From Trichoplax adhaerens (taxonomy: Eukaryota; Animalia; Placozoa): a stretch of DNA of 64,000 nucleotides. The stretch's first letter is position 1, and each line of letters opens with the position of its first letter. A model generated the notes under the pieces. It was not told where the DNA came from. It did not search any database and saw only the letters and a program-made list of their open reading frames with translations. Shown here piece after piece: positions 20,501 through 31,800 of the stretch. The translations under genes and the position numbers were made by a program. The stretch covers positions 186,001 to 250,000 of the forward strand of contig NW_002060954.1 of the NCBI RefSeq assembly GCF_000150275.1, written 5' to 3'.

Positions 20501-23145
20501 AGAAGAATTCCATAGTTGAGCCTTAAGACAAATTTCTTCGAAAATTGACCGCCTTACTAGTATAAGGTAACACAGCTCAAAATACTTAACTGCTGTAGAT
20601 GCAACTATTAGTAGTAACTACGAGTGGATTAATACCTCCTGCTTTCTTTTCAGTCCGTTCGGCATAATCTGCATTAATTGCCTTATAATTGAGTATTCTC
20701 CATTTTCATAATCTGGTGCATTATCGACGACTGGAACAGGGTCCTTCCTAGTTTTGAAAGGTGCAAGGCAAAAGAAAAATATTCCTTAGAGAATCAAAGT
20801 ACAATATACTACGCAAATAGATATCAAAGTTTTAATTTTGCATATTTCCATATGCATAAAAGCTTATTTAAAACAACGAAATCCCGCCTAATTTAGAAAA
20901 TGTATCATGCAAACTGTAAGCTTTGAAATACTCCACTGTCGATGATAAATTTACAAAATAAAAATCTAGCATTTCAGTCGGAAAATCTGTAATAGATTTG
21001 TTTACATAGCTTCAGAAGGGAATCCATGCTTATGACCCAACATAAGGCAACCAAGGACCATTGCAGTTGTAGTTCTAACTCTCCCGTCAAGACAACTGAA
21101 GAGAAGGCTCGGGCTGTGACCACCTCGTTGGCTCCAACGGGAAACATTCTAGATATTAAAAATCGATAGTAGTTATACTCATCCTAGACTTGTATTTATC
21201 ATCATATCAATTACCAACCTTAAATATATTAATGAAGGAGTCAATCGTCTTTTCTTCGGGGAAGTAATCCTCCGGTATTGGAAGACGAAAATACCTTATA
21301 AGAATTTAAATAGTAAATAGTATTAGTATATCAGATGTATCGGGCTTTATGAATATAACTCGCTATGAAATATCCTGCATAAATATTAGATTTACTTACT
21401 TCATAGACGTTAAATAAAATATTTGCCGCCAATAAATCTCCTGTGTAGTGCACAAGTCATCGACATAGGCGGCCCGATATTGATGCGGCTCTGCATCTAA
21501 ATTACTCGTATCATTGTAAAAGTAAAATTTATACTGATTTTCTGTCGCAGATGATACGAAGAGCGCTCCTTTCGTAGCATAGTCAATCACCTAAAATGAG
21601 AATAGATTAAATTAAGCTGAGTGTAAGAAAGAAAGTACAACGATAATCCTAGTACTGAGATGCTAATAGGTAAACCGTCAATGATAAAAATCAAATGTAT
21701 GTTAATATCGGCATTTATCGTAAAATTGTTAAAATTTTCGCCTGATAAAGATTAAACTTTTTAATAATTTTGTTATTTTATATACACAACTATCGGAACT
21801 AATATTCATAATTATACATTAAAGACCTCTTCCTTAATTTCTGTTTCTAAACATTCCAGTTCTTCACCGCTTTTTAGATTATAATCAATGGTGGTTGAGT
21901 CTAGGTCTTCTGGTTTTCTGATACTGTACGGCCGAAAATCCATGTCATCATATACGAACAATACTGGCTCTTGCTTGGTATTCAATACTATAATGTCCTA
22001 TGATTAATTGTTAAAAATCGGATAAATAAAATACTGTAGTATTGGTTACAGAATTAGTATTAATATGTATGCTATTACTGTACCATACACTGTATAGTGT
22101 ATAATTCAGTCAGGGACTTCTTAGAAGTCCCTGGTTCAGTATACAGAGTCTGAAACCATGGCAACAAAACTCATTTAAATATGAAAAAAATAAAATGACA
22201 AAATTACTGTAATGAAAGAAGAGAATTTAAATTTTAGAAGAATAAATAAAGACGATCGCAACTCAATAAAATACCAAAAAATATCATAATTTCATTGTTT
22301 ACATTGAAAAAAAACCCTACTGGATAGTGATCCCTTCAATCCTATCCAACCCAATAAACTACGAGATACAAGTATAGGATAAAAATTATATTACATTAGC
22401 AACATAATTGGCTTCTCATTTATAAATTCTTCTAAGGATACATCATCTCATCGTCGTAGACAAATATTTTGTTTACCCGTCACATATACATATATATATA
22501 TACACCTCTGAATGCGTCTGCTTTTATATGTAATTTACTCCAACAACAATACGGTATAACTTAACTATAGGTTACTAAGGTATGATGCGCTACTTATACA
22601 TTACGGGTTATACAATACAATACTAAAATTATCATAGTAACAGCGACATAGGTTTTTTCTTAAGAAATTATATGCATAGGCATCACATCAGATTTTTAAA
22701 TCTTTTTTACCTTTTTCCCCGATTTTACCAACTGATACAAAATATTTTCTAAGCCCTCGCAAGTCGGTTGGCCAAATCCGTACACGTTGTAATTGGAACC
22801 AGCTTGCCGAAAATTAGGCGCTTCAATTTTTTTTTGCGTTCCTAAAATATCGATGCCATCGTAATGATCTTTAACAAATATATATCGACCTTGTATCAAG
22901 GGATGCTCTGGCATTCCATCCTTAAGGCGAATTAATTTTTTACTTCTCTTATTTACTATGTCATGTCTTTGATAACTGAGGCCCTTATCGTGAATAACGT
23001 TATCAGGTAACTCGTTTTCGTTATCGGCATCGTCTGTTTTGTCGTTTTCGTTAAATTCGACAGTTTTTGTTTCTTTCTGGCTTGTACCATTTCCTTCGAC
23101 GGTCGGACTTTTCTCCATTTTCGGTTTCGAAGGATAAAATCCCAT
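17571..23145 (-). CDS. PALD1: Paladin (PALD1), phosphatase with two CX5R-containing domains; multi-exon
   Basis: APNFRQA..VYGFGQPT and SNFRNLQGLPVYGMAQPT motifs. P-loops FSCLDGRVRTTTAM (~21060-21100) and FHCLDGKSRTTICM (~18640-18685). C-terminal LRQQCLNYFERYIYLLLFNTYLH...IEDLL*. Confidence 0.93.
22111..22133. repeat. Mini-palindrome CAGGGACTTC-tta-GAAGTCCCTG (MITE-like remnant) in paladin intron 1
   Basis: Perfect 10-bp arms, flanked by TTCAGT on the left and G-TTCAGT on the right (TSD-like). Confidence 0.7.
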
Positions 23146-23589
23146 ATTCTATTTAAATATCAGTAATTTAAATATCCAGTTTGTTATTTCAGTATAGGGT
23201 TCGTCGCTCTGGATCGATTTTAGGATTTTTTGATTGAGCCTTAACGATCTTGTACTTAAATTTATTGAATTTGTAACTCTGCTTTACTCTTACTGGATCT
23301 TAAACAGTTATTAAAAGTACTATAATGATATCTCCGTAAAGAATACCAGACTATAATCACAAAATACGGTATATTCCTCCTTTTGCTAGGAATAACTGAA
23401 TAAAGGTCTTGCTTTTTTCATTGATCCTCTTAGTTACCATAATAACAATACCGACATACCCTGGATAGGGCGATCGGTGTCCAATCAAGTAGCTCCCTTC
23501 ATTAATTATTAATAGACACACGTTTTGTGAATTTTTACGTAAAGAAATGCACTGTAAATATTTCATTGTTCAAAAGTTTATTGAAATAA

Positions 23590-24960
23590 TATACTGTACA
23601 GTACAGTACTGTACTGAACAAGTGTACAGTACAGTACTATACACAGTTTACAGTATGCAATACTATACTGTACTGTACTGTACAGTACTGTACCAATGAC
23701 TGCTGAAAGAAAACCTAACACTGTACAGTACAGTACTGTACAGTAGTGCTGTAGACGTCGAGCGATTGGACGTCCAACGGACGTTCGATTTTGGACGTTC
23801 GGTATGTACAGTACGTTCGTTGTCAGATCGGACGTCGACGAACTGTACTGTAGTGTACAGTGTACAGTACTGTACAGCGTATACAGTCAGTTTGTATAAT
23901 CCCACCCCAATACTACACAGTACAGTACATACAGTACAGTAGTACAAACGTCTTTTACAAACACTTTCAGTACAGTGTACTGTACACTATGTATACTGTA
24001 TACTGTAGTGTTAACACTGTACACTGTGTACGTTGGTACTGTACGTTCAATGAACGTCCGACGTTCAAATTGGACGTTCGTACGTTCGTTCATTAAAACT
24101 GGCTAACGTCCACAGTACTAGTCATGACTACAGTATACTGTACGCTGTTACGTACAGTACAGTACAGTACTACTGTATGTACAGTGTATAGTATAGTCTT
24201 ATACCGTACTGTACAGTACAGTGTACACTATGTATATACTGTAGTGTTAACACTGTACACTGTGTACGTTGGTACGTTCAATGAACGTCCGACGTTCAAA
24301 TTGGACGTTCGTACGTTCGTTCATTAAAACTGGCTAACGTCCACAGTACTACTGTACAGTACAGTAGTGTACTGTACAAATCTGAAACGGACGGTTAGGT
24401 GACACTTGTGATGGAAAACATGAAACAATCAACAATGGGATTGTATGGAGCACTAGTATACAGTATAGTAGAGACACTCTATTAGTGCATGGTATACTGT
24501 ACAGTACAGTGTGCAGTACAGTACGGTACAGTTCTATATGTGCAGTATTGTTTTGCAGCCATCTGCAGCTGCACCATAGAGACAGTGATATAAAAAATAA
24601 AGAAGCCTAATCAGTCTACTGTGGACTAGTATGCACTATAATGTGTATGGGCAGTAATACAGAGAAACTTGTAAGGGAATTTCTCTTATTAGCGTCGTCC
24701 TGGACTACTGTACTTGATACTTTATCAGTCAAGTACAGTACTGTATCGTACGGTGGCCGAGGAGGTATCGAGTTGTACTGTACTGTACTGTACAGTACAG
24801 TACATCGTCCTTGTACGCTGTACAGTGTACAGTACAGTGTACCGTTTCGCTGAACAGGGAGGGGATACAAATACTTTTTTACCTTGCAATCCCTACCGAC
24901 TCCCTTGGTAAATAATAAATTATGTAATAAGTAATTATGATCGCGACTTGTACAGTACAC
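23590..24960. repeat. Large TA(CAG/CTG)TA pentamer cluster upstream of paladin, with an embedded ACGT-rich element
   Basis: Dense mixed-orientation pentamers; GGACGTT/AACGTCC motifs at 23755-23842 and 24030-24345. Confidence 0.9.
23968..24351. repeat. Direct repeat, 2 copies (23968-24120, 153 nt; 24214-24351, 138 nt)
   Basis: Copies are identical by eye except for three CTGTA units present only in copy 1. Confidence 0.95.
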
Positions 24961-26219
24961 ATGTCGCTTGGTCCCTAGCTACGCGTGTCACATCTATAAG
25001 ACGTCCTACCTAAAGCCGTAGATCAGTTCTCTTATTAATTAACCTCTCTGGATATGGATCACTGAGAACAACCTGTATAAAATAAAATATAATAAAATCC
25101 TATTCCGTTCCCTGTCTTACGGAGTCTGATATATGTAGTTTGTGACCTCAGAAAATAATACAGATACATGTACTGTAACTCATGCAGTATTCTGTTAAAA
25201 ACTATTGCCTAATTTGACGAATAAATCCTGGATGACTGCATGTGTTAGCAAGCTGTCTTTCGTATTCGTTTCCTCTATTCGATGTTTAATTTAATTTATT
25301 AACAGAAATCAGTTTTGATACGCCGTATCGATGTTAAACACTTGTATGAACCATAGTTTGACTCCGGATTAAGCTATGATTTTTAAATTAAACGCTCTAT
25401 ACTTGGGGTTGCAAAGCATTCAATGCCACTGAATCAATTGTGGTTATATTAATTGTATACGCACGCGTATACGGATTATCCTAGTAACTTGAAAACGTGT
25501 ATCTCGCCTTTGTCGTTAATGTTAGTATTATATGATTAATTACAGTACAATTAGCACATTGTTGAATATGGCGTACTACTGCAGTTTTGCATTATTTAGC
25601 TGCCTACGAAATTGAAACATTAACTATGATATCGAAAGCACCTTATACCTGTAATATCTAATAAATGCACCATGCCTCCCCAGTCTCCACTCCACCGGAA
25701 TACTGGGCTGAACCAGTATATTGCACGGTGTATCAAAGGAAGTTTTCACGTCTTTAATTGTAAAACTCCATATCAGTTTTTACAGTGGTAAGTGTCATCG
25801 CACTTAGGGATGATAAACGTATACTACCAAGGAGCAGTTACAATGCTACGAATTTATCTAGAAAATCTATATTAGTATGCGTTCAGTAAGTTACATAAGC
25901 GTACATCAATACAGTATCGTATATGACCTAGCATTGCCTACGGGCACAGTATCACATGCAGCTTACCTCCCGCCGCAGACTACATGATTACTGTATTGCA
26001 GGTAACAATATCTGAGATTCATTTTATTTTGTAAACGTATAAACGTATAATCTGTCATCTTGCAGAACTATCATACGAAAGGTAAACAAGGGACAAATAT
26101 TGTATACTTTCACTTAAGGCATAGCGTAGCTATTCTACCACAGCAGACTTATAGTTAAGTATGTTTCCAGCCTAAAATTAAAAACGGAAACTTGCTACAG
26201 CTTTATGAAATATGAACAG

Positions 26220-27961
26220 TTAATGTGATTCTTCATAGCCTTCCGGCAGAGCATTCACGTGAGGATTGTGGAAAAGTGTATGATTCCCATCTTTCCATGG
26301 AAATGGCTAAAACGCAAAGTAACGAACCATGCATTAAACGCAAATTAAGAGATACGAAACAATGTTGCATTAAACTTATAGCAATAGAAAAAGTCTAGTT
26401 AAATTAACAGTACATATTAACACATATATTTTCATATAGCAAACAAACTATTTTGAATAATACCTTTGACCTTATCCTTAGATGGGGGTAGGGTCGGAAT
26501 TCAGGATGGTGAGGATGCTCTTTGTGATGCTTAGTTTCCTTGTAATACGCATTTACGGTACTAAAAGCGATTGCAGGTAAGGCTATCAATATGCTAATTT
26601 TCTTCCATAAGGACATAGTTTCTACGAAAGAGTTAGTAATATACAGTATGTTAAAAATTACAAAGGCATCATTAATTCTTTTTATATTGATAACTATTTA
26701 TACCAAGCTAAAGACTATCAAGCAATGCTAAAGCGTGCTATAATCATTATTATTAAAATTTTTAGTTTTTTACCGACTTTAGAACTACAGCAAGTATGGT
26801 AGATAATGAGTAGCTGCACAATAAGTAACTGTACATTATCAGAACGTAATCTTTCCTCAAACGTAACATCAAACAAAAGGAAAGTCTTTCAATTTTGCTT
26901 TATTGTATTTGAGTATCAGCTAATAGCATGCAGTTTACTGAAAGTATTGCATTGTATAGTACTGTATACAACACTTTATGTACATACATGGTCTGTAATA
27001 TATATACATGATGATAATTAATTTTGTTAAAGCTAGGCTTATACAACTAAAGGGAGAAAGGTATATGAACGAATTAGAACTAGACATAACGCAATAGTCG
27101 CTTGCCACGCTGGATATCCAGTAATATTGATACACGTTTACAATTCATCGAAATGTTGCTAGATAGTTCGCAAGAGTCCTACACATAACAGTATTTTGTT
27201 TTATTGTACAGTAAGGCAGTGCTTACAAGTATCTATCAAATAATATGTGAAAAGGCTTAAACGATAACTCCAGTACTGTTCCCTTCATATAAATATACGT
27301 ATACGTAATCAATGCTAGTGACATTTTTACTACACAAATGAGCTACAACCAACTGTTTGTTGATGCAGCAATAGCAGCTATTCCAATACTAGAGTTGCAA
27401 AGACTTAATCATGAGTCGTATAAAGTGCAAGTAAAATTAGAGGGATTAATATGAATACCTCACTACTTCTTATACAGTCGTACAAAATATGTGTACGAAT
27501 AAAACATATACACGCAAACTCTAGTTGCTATCGTGATGTCCTTATGTCGCTCAAGTTGAATATAAAACAATGACTGTCGTAACTATTCGATACAGAAACT
27601 ATATTGACTAGATAGATGAAATTGCAGTAATTTGTGATATCTTTTATTAATTATCGATGTTATACAGTACACAACTTCTAATAATTAATCCTTTTGCCAT
27701 GTACCTACAGTAGGTATACGCACAAATTTTTACTGTCTATTCTTTTTATCGAGTACACATATTTATGCGTAACAGATTATATTATATTAAATACGATACC
27801 GTTACGACGAAAAGAAATCAATAAATATCTCTACTGTTATGTTAAGAAATACCCGCTGCATGTTTTCCAGTAGCTTCGAGTTCTTCTTTATACGACAACG
27901 TAGCATATTGTCGATTGCAGATTGTTCGCATTCGAATAAAACGTTGAACTGAGAAGGCCAT
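26220..27961 (-). CDS. COX6A: Cytochrome c oxidase subunit 6A, 3 coding exons
   Basis: MAFSVQRFIRMRTICNRQYATL... (mitochondrial presequence-like) | ETMSLWKKISILIALPAI...PEFRPYPHLRIRSK | PFPWKDGNHTLFHNPHVNALPEGYEESH*. Confidence 0.97.
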
Positions 27962-28019
27962 CTTGAATCTTCAGATTTCGACCGTATGACAGCACGTTTA
28001 CTTCTGTTCCGACTAGAAA

Positions 28020-28735
28020 TTGTACTGTACTGTACACTAGAGGGTCTCTACTGTACTATACTGTACAGTACACTAGAGAGTAGAGAACCCTCTATTCAGT
28101 ACATACAGTGTACAGTACTGTAAAGTACTTGATAGTGTACTGTACTGTACTGTACAAAGGAAACTCTACTCGGACGGTCGGATATTTCCACCTCATACAG
28201 TACTGTATACTATATACTATAGTACAGTATAATACTGTTCCAAACACTTACATTCGTTAATGTCACCTCAAGCGTTTGCTCGCTTCTATAATTCGCTTAT
28301 TTTTTCTAAATTAAGTAATATTACATTGAAATCTATTTTATTTAATTAATTCCTGCTTCAAAATAGTTACATAATGTCATCAATGTTCTTAAATTAGTAC
28401 ACATGATTAAGAAAAATAGCTACAGAAGATCTATTCTGTACTAAAGTAACCCAATTTTTCGATATTTTGGTCTCATTTGGTATAAAAAGTCTGTCTGTCT
28501 GAAGAGTTTATGTACTGTACAGTACAGTACACTGTACAGTGCATCATTTCATTTTACCACGCATAAACGCTACTCTACAGTACAATACAGCACTGCACTG
28601 TACTGTAATTTACTAGCATGCGTCAATAAGTACTATGCAAACGCGTATGTCTTGCCCACAAACACGCTCTTCAAAATTTGCTCATTGTATAATCACTGTT
28701 CAGTAGTGATTATATACTGTATATAGGTACAGCAA
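28020..28735. promoter_or_regulatory. COX6A/RBM19 bidirectional promoter region with pentamer cluster
   Basis: Divergent ATGs ~880 nt apart (27961 and 28842); pentamer arrays at 28021-28235 and 28510-28610. Confidence 0.7.
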
Positions 28736-28841
28736 GGGACCTTTAATTGAGGTTAAAGCTTTTACTGGATTGCTTACTGTTCATCGTGTGAACGTACCTT
28801 TTAAATCACATTCACAACTAGCAACCGTGAACTGGAGCAGC

Positions 28842-31800
28842 ATGTCAAGACTCGTTGTCAAGAACCTACCGTGCAATATATCTGAAGATCGACTAAGAGC
28901 TCTTTTCTCCGAGTTTGGAGAGTTAACAGACGTACAACTAAAGTTTACAGAAGATAAAATATTTCGTAGATTTGCTTTTATAGGATATAGACATAAATGT
29001 GATGCATCAACGGCTCAAAAGTTCTTTAATAACAGTTATATTGATACCTCCAAAATAGAAGTAAGTTCTCAGAATGTGAAAGTTATTCAAAATTAGGTAA
29101 CTTCTTTTATCAAGCAAGCAATAAAAGCAATGATAAATAAAATATATATAATATGTAACAATATTGGCTTCATCCAAAATACGATCAGAATTTATTAAAA
29201 TACTTTACTGTATATATTTTATATGCTTACTAAAACAGTGCATGCTCGTTCTAGATAGAGCCTTGTTACCCGCTTAATGAAAGAATTGCAGCGCGAGTGT
29301 GGAAAAAATATTCGAAACGCGACCACGCTAGTACTTCAAAAGTACGACATGAAGGTTTTTCGAGAGATACTAGTAAAAGAGATCAAAGTAAAATTGAGAA
29401 TTTAGAGGTACAATTAATATCCTTAAAGCATAACAATTTCAGTACAATAATACAACTACAGTACTTTCGTACATTTTACCTGAAATAATGCTCTTCCATT
29501 CTGAAATTAGATTGCAGTAAAGAAAGAACAGAAATCCTTAAGACAATTTTATGAAGTAATTGCAGATATTTATTCTTAAGTAAATGCACATGTACCCATG
29601 TAAGAGCTGTCTACAGTATGTATTATCCTACTCTCTTGTTTACAATATTCAAAATCCCAAAGTGATACTAACAGTTCAATAGATTCGATCAGCTAGTTAC
29701 TATTTGCAGACCTACAGTTAGGTATTATAATGTTTCACAGAAATTATAACGCATAACAATTTTAAGTACTGTACACTTCATTAAGCCTATTTTACGCACC
29801 TACATGTTGCTGGCGAACAGTATTATACCATTAGCTATGAGACTAATTTGGAAATTAACTCCTACTGCTAAAATATACGCTTGCTTGAGTGCATGTGTAG
29901 CTGCTACGCAATTAACGAAATCTTTCCTTCTGTTGTAACGCAATATATTGGAAATAAACTAGGAAAGGACAAATATAACCTTAATTCATGATAAGAATGT
30001 GCCCTTGCAGAACAAGATCTCTGAGGTATTATCGATACACTTAGACAAATGTGAAGAATTATCCGTTTTCCGATTGCTATTGATATTACCAATACTACTA
30101 GTAGCCTTGCTCTTCTTTACTGGTAACTTCGAGAGTACATATTGCTGATCTAATTTCTTAAAATGTATCATCGTTAACGACGCTGTAGCCTATGGATAAA
30201 GCAACCGTTACAGCAAACTTTGAAACAGTGATGTCTAAAAGATCTACTGATAAGGTCATAACTATAAACATTACTACTGTTTCTCTAGTTTTAGCACTGT
30301 AGACAAAGATTGAACTAGACGGATTTTAATACAACTAAGACGACTGTTAAGGATATTACGCGTACATAATTTCAATTCATAAATTGATTACAGGGTACAT
30401 TAAAGAACAGAGTGCATATTAAATTTCACGAAGGTAAGTCAATCGTATGAATCTTCGAGATATAAAATAAATTAATGCATGTATCTACCGCACCATGAAT
30501 TTATTACAGACAGTGTTATCAACTTACTGTAGCCACTTTTAACCATGATTTAACTGACAAATTTAACTTACTAGGTTTGCTTGTTTTTACTAGATGCGTA
30601 TGTAAGTGCCTTCAAAAACAGCCGTCGGCTAATATATTTTTAATCACTTACCTTGAATGATTACATCATATTCATTATATTGAAGACATAAAATGATGAA
30701 CGATTTTATTTTCTACCTTTTGCACAGCAAACGACGGATAATACTAGGTCAAAGGTTTCAAATGTAAGTATGACACAGTTACCAAATAAAGAAAGTGATA
30801 CAGAAGACAATGCACCCGCAAAGAATATAATAACGATTAAACTCCGAGGTTTACCGTTTGATGTGAATGAGGTATAAGCTGAAGCTTACTTATCTTCGAA
30901 CTGGACTATCTGATAATGCACAGATTATACATATTAATTTGCTGCCTGTATTTGTGGATGAAGATTACTGTTATATATTCAGAAAGCCTTAGCTTGCGAA
31001 TGACAAAAGGCTATTATGACTTATATAGGAGGAAATAAAGGAATTCTTCCACCCGACAAAATTGGAAAATACCAGATTAATGACAAATCATAAAGGCAAA
31101 CCGAATGGCGTAGCATTTGTGGATTTTACTAACGAAGAAGATGCTTGCAAAGCGATGAAAAGCAATAAAGATTATATCCGTTAGTAACTGCTTTATGATA
31201 ACAACATAATTTTCAAAGGCAAGAAAGTTAACGATAAAATCTTACCGATATCTCCTTATGTGATAGGTAACAGGTATATTGAACTTTTTCCTGACGAAGG
31301 AAAGCATTTAGAAATAAGTGACACCCCTGTGACATCAGCTATCAACAGTCAAATTAGCCTTGAAACACAGGTAATAATTTTAATAGATAAACCGCATATT
31401 CTACTGTTTTTCTGTAAAGTAATATATGTGGTCAATAATAATATTTTTTAGGAAGATTCAATGAAGCGAAGACAAGAATCATACGTAGCAGACATTGAGA
31501 GGGTATCAACGTTATTTACAAAGATTGGGATTATGTGTGAAGGATTTTAATTCAGAATAAATCACTATAATGTCGAAAATTTATTTTACTCGTAGACCGG
31601 AAGATTATTTTTACGTAATTTGGCTTATTGCTGTACAGAGAACGACATAAAAGACTTATTGTCAAATTACGGTAACAAAAATTATACTCATTACAGTAAA
31701 TGATAATACTGTAGTTATAAACTTACGTACTGAACTAGCTAGATTTGAAGTACCTGTACGTGCTCCTAATAATTTATACCCTTATTAGGCGTATTTCACT

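Noticed and set aside
23968-24351. CRISPR-like repeat-spacer arrangement
   Set aside because: Only two long copies, a eukaryotic intron-rich context, and no cas genes.
28535-28602. TACAGTGCA...TGCACTGTA as a tiny intact Tc1-like MITE
   Set aside because: A 9-bp inverted match is expected by chance in pentamer-rich sequence. No transposase ORF or long TIR pair was found in the window.
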